Shown: piece after piece, positions 37,991-48,906 of the stretch
How positions within the stretch are numbered: position 1 is the stretch's first letter
Layout of the letters: every line of letters begins with the position of its first letter
Origin: Gammaproteobacteria bacterium
GTDB lineage: Bacteria; Pseudomonadota; Gammaproteobacteria; Thiohalobacterales; Thiohalobacteraceae
Direction of reading: 5' to 3'
NCBI GenBank assembly: GCA_002699185.1
Contig: PABG01000083.1
Location: 696-64,695, forward strand
DNA length: 64,000 nt
Notes under the pieces: model-generated
Told to the model about the DNA's origin: nothing
The model's database searches: none
The model's input: only the letters and a program-made list of their open reading frames with translations
Translations under genes and position numbers: made by a program

Positions 37991-38197
37991 TCAACCGTCC
38001 AGCGCGTCGCGCTCGGCGGCGTCGCTGTTATCGGCCTCGGTTTCCTCGGCGATGGCCTGACTCACCGGGCCGGCGACCACCTCGCAGTTGCTGTCGAAGT
38101 CATCGAAGGTCCAGGGAATATAGTCAACGGAATCGCCTTGTGCCAGGGCAACGGATGAACCACTCAGTGCCAGTAACAGTGCCAGTGTCTTGTTCAT
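37991..38197 (-). CDS. Small exported acidic protein of unknown function
   Basis: AGGAGA RBS, Sec signal ending ALA, mature part with PWTFDDFDSNC. Confidence 0.7.
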   Translation of the reverse strand: MNKTLALLLALSGSSVALAQGDSVDYIPWTFDDFDSNCEVVAGPVSQAIAEETEADNSDAAERDALDG

Positions 38198-38227
38198 GAT
38201 GTATCTCCTGCCTGATGATGTAATGAA

Positions 38228-38821
38228 TCAGTCCAGCGGCTGCTTGATGCTGACCGCACCGCGCAGCTCGCCGACTTCATAGCCCACGGCCTTGTCGTGG
38301 GGATAGGCCGCCGTGATCCTCTCCATGACCGGCGCCGGTATCTGCGACTTCGCGCCATGGCAGACCAGGCACTGGGAGGCGGTGCCGATGGCCTTGGCAA
38401 AGCGCAGGTAGCGCCCGCTGGGTTCCTCGACGACCTCGAAGTGCGCCATGGTGTCGTAGTTCTCGCCGGCGGCCGCGCGCTCGGCGAACGCCTCCAGTAC
38501 CTGCGCCTCCCACACATCGGGCGTACCCAGCATGGGGTTGCGCACCCGGGTGCCGACGCGGGTGATCTTCCAGCCCTTCTCCAGCGAGTGGCGGTTGGCG
38601 ATGGCCGGTGCCAGGTCGCGGCATACGGCGATGGCGGCGGTCGGGCCGCCGGCCTTCATCTCCTTCATCATGGCGCCGCCGAGCTCCTTGACGAAGGCGC
38701 CCGTGGTTGCCCTGGCCTCGGCCACGCGGGCCTCGATCTCGGCCTCATCGGCTGCCTGCGCGCCCAGAGGCAACAGGGCCGCCAGTGCCAGAGGAAGGGT
38801 GAGTCGTTTACATGTCTGCAT
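38228..38821 (-). CDS. DUF3365 / Tll0287-like periplasmic c-type heme protein
   Basis: Signal peptide, AIAVC, RVRNP..PDVWE, CLVCHG, YPHDKAVGYEVGELRGAVS. Confidence 0.85.
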   Translation of the reverse strand: MQTCKRLTLPLALAALLPLGAQAADEAEIEARVAEARATTGAFVKELGGAMMKEMKAGGPTAAIAVCRDLAPAIANRHSLEKGWKITRVGTRVRNPMLGTPDVWEAQVLEAFAERAAAGENYDTMAHFEVVEEPSGRYLRFAKAIGTASQCLVCHGAKSQIPAPVMERITAAYPHDKAVGYEVGELRGAVSIKQPLD

Positions 38822-39551
38822 GGTGGTTTCCTTGTTCAGTGGGTTTGTGGGATGAGAATTCAGGTGTTGCGTCATACCGGCACTCGCGATTGAGCTGCAG
38901 CCGTTGCGCGGCAGCGGCCGCGAGGGTCCGTCTGTCGGCGCGCCTGGCGGCAATGAAGTCATCGCGTTGGCTGCGATGGTTGAGCGTGGCATTGGTCTGG
39001 CGTTCCTGGGCGATGCTGCTCACGCGCCTGCCCTCGACCACCCGGCCGGGGTACACCAGCAGGTCCCCGGGCAGGCGATACAGCTGGTCGACGACACTGC
39101 TGTAGAGGCGCTCCGGGGCGGCATCGTCGCGACGGGTATCGCCGGCTGCGCCGACCAGCAGGGTGTGCCCCGTGAACAACCGGTCGCGCCAGCGGTAGAC
39201 CATGCTGCAGGCACTGTGGCCGGGCGTGGCGATGGCGGTGAGCGTCTCCTCGCCCACATACAGTTCGTCGCCATCCTGCAGGCGCTGATCGATGCAGACC
39301 GCATCGGCGCAGTCGCTCATGGCCACGCGGGCCGCCGCACTGTCCCGCAGCCAGGGCGCGGCACTGACATGCGATTCATGCAGATGGGTCTCCAGCACAT
39401 AACGCAGGCTCAGCCCGGACTCGGCGAGTGCGCTCCGATAGCGTTCCAGCGCCACCAGGTCCGGATCGATCAGCGCGGCCGCGCCGGTCACCGGATCCGC
39501 CAGCAGATAACTGAGCTCACCATCAGCGGTTTCGAATTGCCGGAAAATCAT
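38808..39551 (-). CDS. Persulfide dioxygenase (ETHE1/Pdo)-like MBL-fold protein with atypical active site
   Basis: MIFRQF..SYLLAD..AALIDP, ETHLHESH, TPGHS, FTGHTLL, VYPGR, SSIAQER. Confidence 0.8.
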   Translation of the reverse strand: MIFRQFETADGELSYLLADPVTGAAALIDPDLVALERYRSALAESGLSLRYVLETHLHESHVSAAPWLRDSAAARVAMSDCADAVCIDQRLQDGDELYVGEETLTAIATPGHSACSMVYRWRDRLFTGHTLLVGAAGDTRRDDAAPERLYSSVVDQLYRLPGDLLVYPGRVVEGRRVSSIAQERQTNATLNHRSQRDDFIAARRADRRTLAAAAAQRLQLNRECRYDATPEFSSHKPTEQGNHHADM

Positions 39552-39597
39552 GAGAATGCACTCATCGCCTGCCTGCGTGTCATCATGACCGGGTGTT

Positions 39598-39613
39598 TGC
39601 AAGCGATGTGCCA
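39598..39613 (-). promoter_or_regulatory. Sigma-54 (-24/-12) promoter
   Basis: Minus strand TGGCAC-ATCGC-TTGCA is a consensus match, 46 nt upstream of the pdo-like start; AT-rich IHF-like tract at 39620-39665. Confidence 0.9.
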
Positions 39614-39690
39614 TCGCATCTGAATCTACTTATTTATATGATTTTTATATATTTTCAATTATAACCCCAGGGTCGTAAGTCACCCTGGAG

Positions 39691-39736
39691 TGTCATTCAT
39701 GGCAGTTCTGTTATATGCTTACTGCCATTATTGTCA
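39691..39736. promoter_or_regulatory. Putative upstream activator sequence for the sigma-54 activator
   Basis: TGTCA-N4-TGGCA and TGCCA-N4-TGTCA arranged as a 16-bp inverted repeat (13/16) upstream of the sigma-54 promoter. Confidence 0.65.
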
Positions 39737-39753
39737 TCACCGGGGTATTTCCC

Positions 39754-41091
<1,338 letters not shown>

Positions 41092-41136
41092 GTGCAGGGG
41101 GGGGTGTCTCATGCAGGAAGGGAGAAGCGTTGAGAT

Positions 41137-41172
41137 AAAAAAATACGGCGTCCACGTGAATCGTGGACGCCG
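41137..41172 (-). terminator. Intrinsic terminator after tRNA-Lys
   Basis: cggcgtccacg-tgaat-cgtggacgccg with an A7 tract on the left. Confidence 0.8.
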
Positions 41173-41176
41173 GATA

Positions 41177-41252
41177 TGGTGGGCCGTGAAGGACTCGAAC
41201 CTTCGACCAGCCGGTTAAAAGCCGGATGCTCTACCAACTGAGCTAACGGCCC
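41177..41252 (-). tRNA. tRNA-Lys (anticodon UUU)
   Basis: GGGCCGTTAGCTCAGTTGGTAGAGCATCCGGCTTTTAACCGGCTGGTCGAAGGTTCGAGTCCTTCACGGCCCACCA; cloverleaf with encoded CCA. Confidence 0.97.
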
Positions 41253-41308
41253 CGTGGGGCGAGCGCCGAATCATACAGCAGCCCGCCACGGCAGGCAAAG
41301 ACGACGTG

Positions 41309-42535
41309 TTACATCGCCTCCAGGCGCCGCATGCCCTTGGGCAGCAGGTGGAAGTCCACCAGCGATGTGATCAGCGCCTTGCCGAAACTGGCCTCGGCTT
41401 CATAGAGCATCTTGTAGTACTGGATCTTCATGGTCAGGGCGCTGCCCAGCACGATGGAGGCGAAGGCCAGGAAGGAACCCAGCGCCAGGGTCGAGGCCCC
41501 GGTCACGCCCTGGCCGATGGTGCAGCCCATGGCCAGCACACCGCCGACGCCCATCAGCAGGCCGCCGAGGATGTGGCGCACGGCGTCGCCGATGCCATTG
41601 AACCACTCGAAGCGGAAGCCGCGGCTGAGGATGGCCCAGAGGAAGGAGCCGACCACCACGCCGGCCGCGCCGACCAGGGCGAAGGTCACCAGCCGCTGAG
41701 CGAAGCCGCCATCGATGTAGTGCAGCAGCTGACCGCTGGGGGCGACAAAGGTGTAGGACTGCACCCCGGTGGCATGGGGCTTGACGTCCAGCCATTCGAT
41801 CTCGGACAGCCATTCCTGCCCCATCGGTCCGGCCGTCACGGCCCAGGCGCCGACCACGGCCAGGCCGACCACGGCGCCGCCCAGGAGGTTGTCGAAGCTG
41901 CCGCGGAACTCGGCGGCGCGCAAGCACCACACGGCCAGCAGCAGACCCAGCACCGCGGCAATCACGATATAGGGCATGCGACTGCTCTCCATCCCGCCCA
42001 GACCGGCGACGATGCTGCCCAGGTCCTGGCTGTTCATGCCATGCTCGGCCAGGTTGACGGACAGCGGATTCATCCACTGCAGGAAGACGTAGTGATCGAA
42101 GCTGGTGTAGATCATGATGTAGGCGGCGATGCCCATCATCAGCAGCACCACGATGGACTTGATGTTGCCGCCGCCGATGCGGATGAAGGTCTTGTTGCCG
42201 CAGCCGCTGCCGAGCGTCATGCCGATGCCGAACAGCAGGCCGCCGAGGATATAACGCGGCCAGGCGAACATCGGGGTGCGGTAGGGGGGCTGGGCCGTGT
42301 CGTTGCTGGCCGTCATGCTGATGTCGGTATAGCCGAACAGTTCCAGCACCAGCACGCCCAGGATGGCCACCGCGATGGCGAACACCCAGGCCCGCAGCCG
42401 GCCGGTGTCGTTCATGTTGACCCAGTCGGAGACTGCACCCATGGTGCAGAAATTGGTCTTGTTGACGACGGCGCCCATCAGCACGGCGATGCCGAAGCCC
42501 CACAGCAGGATTTGATTACCCAGAGTCAGTTCCAT
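41309..42535 (-). CDS. YeeE/YedE-family sulfur-compound transporter (TsuA/SoxT-like)
   Basis: Multi-TM with three conserved Cys motifs NFCTMG, GSGCG, AMGCTIGQG. Confidence 0.9.
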   Translation of the reverse strand: MELTLGNQILLWGFGIAVLMGAVVNKTNFCTMGAVSDWVNMNDTGRLRAWVFAIAVAILGVLVLELFGYTDISMTASNDTAQPPYRTPMFAWPRYILGGLLFGIGMTLGSGCGNKTFIRIGGGNIKSIVVLLMMGIAAYIMIYTSFDHYVFLQWMNPLSVNLAEHGMNSQDLGSIVAGLGGMESSRMPYIVIAAVLGLLLAVWCLRAAEFRGSFDNLLGGAVVGLAVVGAWAVTAGPMGQEWLSEIEWLDVKPHATGVQSYTFVAPSGQLLHYIDGGFAQRLVTFALVGAAGVVVGSFLWAILSRGFRFEWFNGIGDAVRHILGGLLMGVGGVLAMGCTIGQGVTGASTLALGSFLAFASIVLGSALTMKIQYYKMLYEAEASFGKALITSLVDFHLLPKGMRRLEAM

Positions 42536-42605
42536 CTCTTGCTTGCCTCTCGATCTTGAAGGGTTTTCCACCGCCGGCCGCAGCCGCCGGTACAGTCATG
42601 GAGAA

Positions 42606-43295
42606 TCAGGTCAGGTATCGGGTCGGGTCCGGCACGCCGGCGGCGGCGAACCCCGCGGCCCGCAGGCGGCAGGAGTCGCAGCGACCGCAGGCCCGACCCT
42701 GCTCGTCGGCGGCATAGCAGGATACGGTCAGGCTGTAGTCCACGCCCAGGCGCAGGCCCTCCTGAATAATGCGCGCCTTGCTCCATTCCAGCAACGGGGC
42801 CCGGACATGGAAGTGATCGCCTTCCACCCCGGCCCGGGTGGCTAGATTAGCTAGACGCCCGAAGGCCTCGATATATTCCGGACGACAGTCAGGATAACCT
42901 GAATAATCAACGGCATTGACGCCGATGAACAGGTCCCGCGCCCCCAGCACCTCGGCCCAGCCCAGCGCCAGGGACAGGAATACCGTATTCCGGGCCGGGA
43001 CGTAGGTCGCCGGGATCCCCGCCGAGGCCGTCTCCGGCACCGGGATGTCAGGGTCGGTCAGGGCCGAGCCGCCGAACTGGGACAGGTCGAGCCTGACCAC
43101 CCGATGCTCGGCCACGCCCTGCGCTTGCACAATCCGTACCGCCGCGGCCAGTTCGGCGGCATGGCGCTGGCCGTAATCCAGGCTCAGGGCGTGACATGCA
43201 TAGCCCTGCGCCCGGGCAATGGCCAGCACCGTGGCCGAATCCAGCCCTCCCGAGAGCAGTACCACGGCCTTGCTGTGTGTTCCGGATTGCACCAT
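42606..43295 (-). CDS. queC: 7-cyano-7-deazaguanine synthase
   Basis: [28 protein letters not shown]. Confidence 0.96.
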   Translation of the reverse strand: MVQSGTHSKAVVLLSGGLDSATVLAIARAQGYACHALSLDYGQRHAAELAAAVRIVQAQGVAEHRVVRLDLSQFGGSALTDPDIPVPETASAGIPATYVPARNTVFLSLALGWAEVLGARDLFIGVNAVDYSGYPDCRPEYIEAFGRLANLATRAGVEGDHFHVRAPLLEWSKARIIQEGLRLGVDYSLTVSCYAADEQGRACGRCDSCRLRAAGFAAAGVPDPTRYLT

Positions 43296-43300
43296 CTGTT

Positions 43301-43981
43301 TCAGCGCCCCGGCACATCGCCCCAGAGCAGCTTGTGCAGCTGCACCTGGAAACGCACCGGCAACCGGTCGGCCAGGATCCAGTCCGCCAGTTCACGCGGC
43401 TGCAGCTGCCCCCAGGCCGGCGAGAACAGCACCTGGCAGATGGCCGGAATGTCATACTCGCCGAGCTTGTCCCGGGCCCATTCGTAATCGGCGCGGTCAC
43501 ACAGCACGAACTTGAGCTGATCGGCCGGGCTCAGGTGCTCGAGCACACAGTAGCGGTTGCGCTCCACCTCGCCCGACCCCGGAGTCTTGAGATCCACCAC
43601 CTTGGTCACCCGCGGATCGATACGATCAATGTCCAACGCCCCGCTGGTTTCCAGCGAAACCCGGTAGCCGGCATCGCATAGCCGGGTCAGCAGGTCGCGG
43701 CAGGGCTTCTGGGCCAGCGGCTCGCCGCCGGTGACGGTGACATACCGGGCGCCGTACTGCGCCACCTCGCCCAGAATGGTATCCATCTCCCACCAGTCGC
43801 CGCCGTGAAAGGCGTATTCGGTATCGCAGTAGTGGCAGCGCAGCGGGCAGCCGGTCAGGCGCACGAACACGGTGGGCCAGCCCACCGTGTCGGCCTCGCC
43901 CTGCAGGGAGTGAAAGATCTCGGTGATGCGCAGGCGCGGTTCGGTGGCCTCGTTGACCGTGGAGGTGGAGAGTTCAGGCAT
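43301..43981 (-). CDS. queE: 7-carboxy-7-deazaguanine synthase (radical SAM)
   Basis: [28 protein letters not shown]. Confidence 0.95.
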   Translation of the reverse strand: MPELSTSTVNEATEPRLRITEIFHSLQGEADTVGWPTVFVRLTGCPLRCHYCDTEYAFHGGDWWEMDTILGEVAQYGARYVTVTGGEPLAQKPCRDLLTRLCDAGYRVSLETSGALDIDRIDPRVTKVVDLKTPGSGEVERNRYCVLEHLSPADQLKFVLCDRADYEWARDKLGEYDIPAICQVLFSPAWGQLQPRELADWILADRLPVRFQVQLHKLLWGDVPGR

Positions 43982-44026
43982 TCGGGCATTTTACCGCATC
44001 CGGCCCGGCCGCGGCACCGGCCACTC

Positions 44027-44056
44027 GTAGGCCGGGATAAGCGCAGCGTTCCCGGC
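44027..44056. repeat. Solo GTAG-type REP
   Basis: gtaggccgggataagcgcagcgttcccggc hairpin. Confidence 0.6.
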
Positions 44057-44073
44057 AGCCCGAAACGGGAAGT

Positions 44074-44871
44074 CTAATGCCCTTCCCGCTGCAGCCGCAG
44101 CAGCCGCTCCTCGGCCAGGCGCGCCGCGGTGGTTCCGGGGTAGTCCTCGATCACGGCTTCCAGCGCCTGACGCGCGGCCTGCCAGTCCTCCATCTCGTAA
44201 TGGATGAAGGCGACCTTCAAGCGGGCATCGGCCACCTTGTTGCTGTCGGAGTAGGTCTCGACCACCCGCCGGAACTCCTCCAGCGCCCGGGGGAACTGGC
44301 GGGTGACGTAATAGGACTCCGCCAGCCAGTACTGGGCATTGGCGGCATAGGCACTGTCGGGATGGGCCTGGAGGAAGCCGCTGAACGCCTCGGCGGCCTG
44401 CATGTAGCGGCCCTCGCGCAGGATATCCAGTGCCTGCTGGTACTGCTGGCGCTGGTCGGCGCCGGCAGCGGCATCCGTGACCGCATCCGCCTCGCCGGCC
44501 TCACCGCCCTCAGCGGCAGCAGACGGCAGCGAAGGCCGGTCCGGCGCACCAATAGCGCCTGCCGCGCCGGCTGCCGGCGCGCCGCTCTCCAGCTGCTGCA
44601 GCCGCCGGTCCACATCCATGTACAGATCGCGCTGACGCTTCTTGAGCTGCTCCAGGGTATGCCCCTGGACCTCCACCTGCCCGCGCAGTTCCTGCACCTC
44701 GCGTTGAAGCTGTTCGAGCCGGGTCAGCATCTCCATCAGGCCGCGGCTCTGCATCAGCTGCTCCAGCCGCTGCACCCGCTGGTCCAGATCGCCGTCGCGG
44801 GCCTGGACCGCGGGTGCGGCGGCCACTACGGCCGCCAGTATCAGAGTGATCGGCGCAAGTCGCATCATCAC
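44074..44871 (-). CDS. cpoB: Tol-Pal protein CpoB/YbgF
   Basis: Signal peptide, coiled coil, TPR with NAQYWLAE. Confidence 0.93.
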   Translation of the reverse strand: MMMRLAPITLILAAVVAAAPAVQARDGDLDQRVQRLEQLMQSRGLMEMLTRLEQLQREVQELRGQVEVQGHTLEQLKKRQRDLYMDVDRRLQQLESGAPAAGAAGAIGAPDRPSLPSAAAEGGEAGEADAVTDAAAGADQRQQYQQALDILREGRYMQAAEAFSGFLQAHPDSAYAANAQYWLAESYYVTRQFPRALEEFRRVVETYSDSNKVADARLKVAFIHYEMEDWQAARQALEAVIEDYPGTTAARLAEERLLRLQREGH

Positions 44872-45419
44872 TGATCCATGTAGACGATTTCGACCCGGCG
44901 GTTCCGGCTCCAGGCCTGTTCGTCATGACCTTCCACGGCCGGTTTCTCCTCGCCGTAGCTCACGGTCCGGATCTGATCCGGCGCCACCCCCTGGAACTCG
45001 AGCATGCGGCGCACCGACTGTGCCCGGCGATCGCCCAGACCGATGTTGTACTCGCGTGAGCCGCGTTCGTCGGCATGACCTTCCAGCACCACCTGCTGCT
45101 GCGGGTTGGCAGCCAGGTAACGGGCATGGGCGGCGACGACCTCGCGATCCGCGGCGGCCACCTCGCTGGAGTCGAACTCGAAATAGATGGTGCGGGTGGC
45201 CAGCGGGCTGCTGGGGTCATCCAGTGCCAGACCGCGCAGGTCCCCGTCAGCACCCAGACCGCGGGCCTCGGCCCCGTCGATGCCGGCCTGCGCACCCGCC
45301 GCCGCACCGCGGTCCTCCACGGCCGCATCGCCGTCGGCACGCTTGTCCATGGTCCCGCAGCCGCCCAGCAGCGCCAGGGCCAGGGCCAGGATCCCTACCA
45401 GTCCATTCCTGATATTCAT
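44868..45419 (-). CDS. pal: Peptidoglycan-associated lipoprotein
   Basis: Lipobox LGGC, EGHADERGSREYNIGLGDRRA, NRRVEI. Confidence 0.96.
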   Translation of the reverse strand: MNIRNGLVGILALALALLGGCGTMDKRADGDAAVEDRGAAAGAQAGIDGAEARGLGADGDLRGLALDDPSSPLATRTIYFEFDSSEVAAADREVVAAHARYLAANPQQQVVLEGHADERGSREYNIGLGDRRAQSVRRMLEFQGVAPDQIRTVSYGEEKPAVEGHDEQAWSRNRRVEIVYMDQ

Positions 45420-45459
45420 TGCATCGACTCCTTTATTCAGTCACGTTGATGTTGTCAGG

Positions 45460-46761
45460 TCATTCGAGAAAGGGCGACCAGGCCGGTTCGCGCACCTCGC
45501 CCTCCTGCAGCCGCAGCCGCTGGCCCACCCGGCCGTCGACCGAGGCCGCCGCCAGCACTCCGCGTCCGCCCGCCTCGGTGGCATAGAGGATCATGCGGCC
45601 GTTGGGCGCGAACGAGGGGGACTCGTCCAGCCGGCCCTCGCTGACCAGGGTCAGCATACCCCGCTCCAGGTCCTGCACCGCCACCCGGTAGTTGCCCCGG
45701 CCGTCGCGGTGCAGCAGCGCCAGGCGCTCGCCGTCAGGGGCGAAATCCGCACTGGCATTATAGCCACCCTCGAAGGTCAGGCGTTCGGGCCGGCCGCCGT
45801 CGACCGCCAGCCGGTAGAGTTGCGGACTGCCCCCGCGGTCCGAGGTGAAGACCAGGCTGCGGCCATCGGGGGCCCAGGCCGGCTCGGTATCGATGGCCGG
45901 ATGCCGGGTCAGACGCCGCAGACGACCGGAGTCCAGCGACAGGATATAGATTTCGGCGTTGCCATCCTGTGACAGGGTTAACGCCAGTTGCCTGCCGTCC
46001 GGCGACCAGGACGGCGCCCCGTTGATGCCCTGATAGGAGGCAACCTTGCGCCGCTGACCGGTGGCCAGTTCCTGGACATAGACCTCGGCGGTTTCCTGCT
46101 CGAAGGAGACATAGGCCAGACGGCGGGCGTCCGGCGACCAGGACGGCGACATCAGCGGCTGGCGCGAGCGCAGTACGGTGCGCGGGTTATAGCCGTCGGA
46201 GTCGGCCACCTGCAGGCTGTAGCGGCGTTCATCACCGCTGCCGGTCACGGTGACATAGGCGATCCAGGTGCGGAAGGCACCGCGCTCGCCGGTCAGGGTC
46301 TCGTAGACGATGTCGGCGACCCGGTGCGCGGTCTCGCGCAGGCGCTCGCCGCTGGTGGGGAAGCTGTAGCCGGTCAGCTGCCGACCGCGGAAGACATCGA
46401 ACAGGCGGAATTCGACGGTGTAGCCACCGCCCTCACGCGGCACGATGCGTCCGATCACCAGATTGTCCACGCCGACGGCGCGCCAGTCGCGGTAACGGAT
46501 ATCCTCGGGACGGGCCGGCCGGGACAGCATATCGGCCCGCGGCAGGGGCGCGAACTGGCCGCTGCGGGCCAGATCCGCGGCGACGATCTCCGCCACGTCC
46601 TCGGGCGGCGTCCCCGGGCCGTTCCAGGCGAAGGGCACCACCGCGATCGGCAGCGCGCCTTCGGTGCCGGAAGTGATCTCGATGGTCAGCTCGGCCCGGG
46701 CCGGCTGCAGCCCCGACCAGAACACCAGCAACAGGAAGACAGGGATAATCCTCTTCATCAT
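45460..46761 (-). CDS. tolB: TolB
   Basis: PIAVVPF, repeated PSWSPDG propeller blades. Confidence 0.96.
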   Translation of the reverse strand: MMKRIIPVFLLLVFWSGLQPARAELTIEITSGTEGALPIAVVPFAWNGPGTPPEDVAEIVAADLARSGQFAPLPRADMLSRPARPEDIRYRDWRAVGVDNLVIGRIVPREGGGYTVEFRLFDVFRGRQLTGYSFPTSGERLRETAHRVADIVYETLTGERGAFRTWIAYVTVTGSGDERRYSLQVADSDGYNPRTVLRSRQPLMSPSWSPDARRLAYVSFEQETAEVYVQELATGQRRKVASYQGINGAPSWSPDGRQLALTLSQDGNAEIYILSLDSGRLRRLTRHPAIDTEPAWAPDGRSLVFTSDRGGSPQLYRLAVDGGRPERLTFEGGYNASADFAPDGERLALLHRDGRGNYRVAVQDLERGMLTLVSEGRLDESPSFAPNGRMILYATEAGGRGVLAAASVDGRVGQRLRLQEGEVREPAWSPFLE

Positions 46762-46773
46762 GACCTCAGTGCG

Positions 46774-47787
46774 TCATCCGGGTGAAAAGCGGAATTTCAG
46801 ATTACGGAAACGATCGAAATACTGGTTGTCGGGCGGCAGCGGCAGCGGGCTGGAGCGCCACACGGCAGCCTCCACCGAACGGTCGAAGGCGGCATCGCCG
46901 CTGCCGGTGACGATGCTGACGCGGGTGACCTCACCGCCCGGGATCAGGCCCACCTGCACGACACAGGTCAGGCCCTCGCGACTGCCCGGCGGCTGGATCC
47001 AGTTGCGCTCCACCTTCTGCTGGATGGCCGCCACATAGCGGCTGACCACGCGCTCGGCCTCGGCCGCGGCCAGCGCCTGACGCTCCGCCTCCAGCTGCTG
47101 CTGCAGGGCCTGTTCGGCCTGGCGGCGAGCTTCCTCCTCGGCCTTGCGCCGGGCCTCCTCCTCAGCCTTGCGCCGGGCTTCCTCCTCGGCCTTGCGCCGG
47201 GCCTCGGCCTCCGCCTTGCGCCGGGCCTCTTCCTCGGCCTTGCGTCGGGCCTCCTCCTCGGCCTTGCGTCGGGCCTCGGCTTCCGCCTTGCGCCGGGCCT
47301 CCTCCTCGGCCTTGCGTCTGGCCTCCAGTTCAGCCAGACGCTTGCGTTCCTGTTCCTGCTTGCGGGCCAGTGCCTGCTGCTGCTGCCGGAGTTCCTCCAA
47401 GCGTCTGGCCTCGGCCTCCTGCTGGCGCTTGAGTTCGGCCTGACGCGCCGCCTCGGCGGCCTGTTCCTGTTTGAGCTTCTCCAGCCGCTGTTGTTCCGCC
47501 TGGCGGGCGGCTTCGGCCTGACGCCGCTTCTCCTCGGCCTCCCGCAGCCGGGCCTCGGCCTCGGCCTGTTCGCGTTGCTCGGCCGCCTTGAGCTTGTCCA
47601 GTTCGGCCTGGACCTGCGCTTCGTCCATCGCCACGGCCTCGATCACCGGCTCGCTGGAAGCCTGCAGCTGCGGCTTGGGGGTCCAGTCCAGGCTGACGGC
47701 CAGAAAGGCCACCAGCAGCAGATGCACCAGCAGCGCGTAGAGGATGGCCTGCGGTGTCTCCCGGAACAGTTTCCACAGGGCTCTCAA
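46774..47787 (-). CDS. tolA: TolA
   Basis: TM with conserved His, Ala/Glu/Arg-rich helix of EEEARRKA repeats, C-terminal SGDAAFDRSV. Confidence 0.93.
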   Translation of the reverse strand: MRALWKLFRETPQAILYALLVHLLLVAFLAVSLDWTPKPQLQASSEPVIEAVAMDEAQVQAELDKLKAAEQREQAEAEARLREAEEKRRQAEAARQAEQQRLEKLKQEQAAEAARQAELKRQQEAEARRLEELRQQQQALARKQEQERKRLAELEARRKAEEEARRKAEAEARRKAEEEARRKAEEEARRKAEAEARRKAEEEARRKAEEEARRKAEEEARRQAEQALQQQLEAERQALAAAEAERVVSRYVAAIQQKVERNWIQPPGSREGLTCVVQVGLIPGGEVTRVSIVTGSGDAAFDRSVEAAVWRSSPLPLPPDNQYFDRFRNLKFRFSPG

Positions 47788-48218
47788 GGCGACGCCGCCT
47801 CCGGCGGCTCCGTGACCAGCCCGACATTGGGGGCGCCGGCCTGCTGCAGCAGCACCATGGCGCGGACCACCGTGCCGTAGGCCACGCCGGAATCCCCCCG
47901 CACCAGCACCGGGGTATTCGGCTTGTTGCGCAGTACCGCCGCGCTGCGCTGGACCAGGGTCTCGGCATCGATCGGCTGGTCGGGATCATCGCCCACGTTC
48001 AGGTAGAAGTTGCCGCCGGCATCGACCGTCACCTGCAGCGGCTCCTCGCTGTCCTGCGGCAACGGCTGGGCATCGGCGCTGGGCAGTGAGACATGCACCC
48101 CCTGAGTGAGCAGCGGCGCGGTGATCATGAAGATCACCAGCATGACCAGCATAACATCAATGTAGGGCACCACATTGATTTCGGCCATCGGCCGCTTCTT
48201 GTGCCGCTGACGCGCCAT
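47784..48218 (-). CDS. tolR: TolR
   Basis: EINVVPYIDVMLV. Confidence 0.95.
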   Translation of the reverse strand: MARQRHKKRPMAEINVVPYIDVMLVMLVIFMITAPLLTQGVHVSLPSADAQPLPQDSEEPLQVTVDAGGNFYLNVGDDPDQPIDAETLVQRSAAVLRNKPNTPVLVRGDSGVAYGTVVRAMVLLQQAGAPNVGLVTEPPEAASP

Positions 48219-48219
48219 G

Positions 48220-48906
48220 TCAGTCCTTCCTTGCCGTCAGCGACTGGCGGTGCAGCAGGGCGGCGAACTCCTCCAGGAAATTGTCGTAGCGATTGGCCAG
48301 CCGCTCGACATCGTTGGAGAAGCGGTTGTAGGCGATGACCGCGGGTATCGCCGCGAACAGGCCCATGGCGGTGGCGATCAGGGCCTCGGCAATGCCGGGG
48401 GCGACCATGGCGAGTGTTGCCTGATGCACATTACCGAGCGAGCGGAAGGCGTTCATGATGCCCCACACGGTGCCGAACAGGCCGATGTAGGGGCTGGTGG
48501 AGCCGACCGTTGCCAGGAAGGAAAGCCCGGCCTCCAACCGGTCCTCTTCCCGTGAGAGCGCCACGCGCATGGCCCGCTGGGCGCCCTCGACCATGGCACC
48601 GCCCTCGACCTGGGGCTGCTTGCGCAGGCGGCTGTATTCCTTGAAGCCGGCTTCGAAGATGTCGGCCATGCCCTCATTGTCCTGCTCGCGGGCGGCGACC
48701 TGCTGATACAGCGCGGCCAATTCACCTCCGGACCAGAACTGCTGCTCGAAGTCCTTCGCATCGCGCTGCGCCGCGCCGAGCTTCTTCCATTTATGAAAGA
48801 TCAGGGTCCAGGACAACAGCGACAGGGCCACCAGCAGCAGCATCACCAGCTGCACCACCGGGCTGGCGCCGAGTATCAGATGCAGCATCGACAAATCCGT
48901 CGACAT
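48220..48906 (-). CDS. tolQ: TolQ
   Basis: SPYIGLFGTVWGIM, APGIAEALIATA. Confidence 0.96.
   Translation of the reverse strand: MSTDLSMLHLILGASPVVQLVMLLLVALSLLSWTLIFHKWKKLGAAQRDAKDFEQQFWSGGELAALYQQVAAREQDNEGMADIFEAGFKEYSRLRKQPQVEGGAMVEGAQRAMRVALSREEDRLEAGLSFLATVGSTSPYIGLFGTVWGIMNAFRSLGNVHQATLAMVAPGIAEALIATAMGLFAAIPAVIAYNRFSNDVERLANRYDNFLEEFAALLHRQSLTARKD

Noticed and set aside
41177-41252. tRNA-Lys as the attachment site of an active island or prophage
   Set aside because: No integrase or phage gene, and I saw no duplicate of the tRNA 3' end; the tRNA retains its terminator.
42606-43981. queC/queE as a 7-deazaguanine DNA-modification (dpd) island
   Set aside because: Standard position after tol-pal; no dpdA or tgt paralogue nearby.
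47125-47320. 24-nt tandem repeats resembling an array
   Set aside because: They encode the EEEARRKA helix of TolA; there are no unique spacers and no cas genes.
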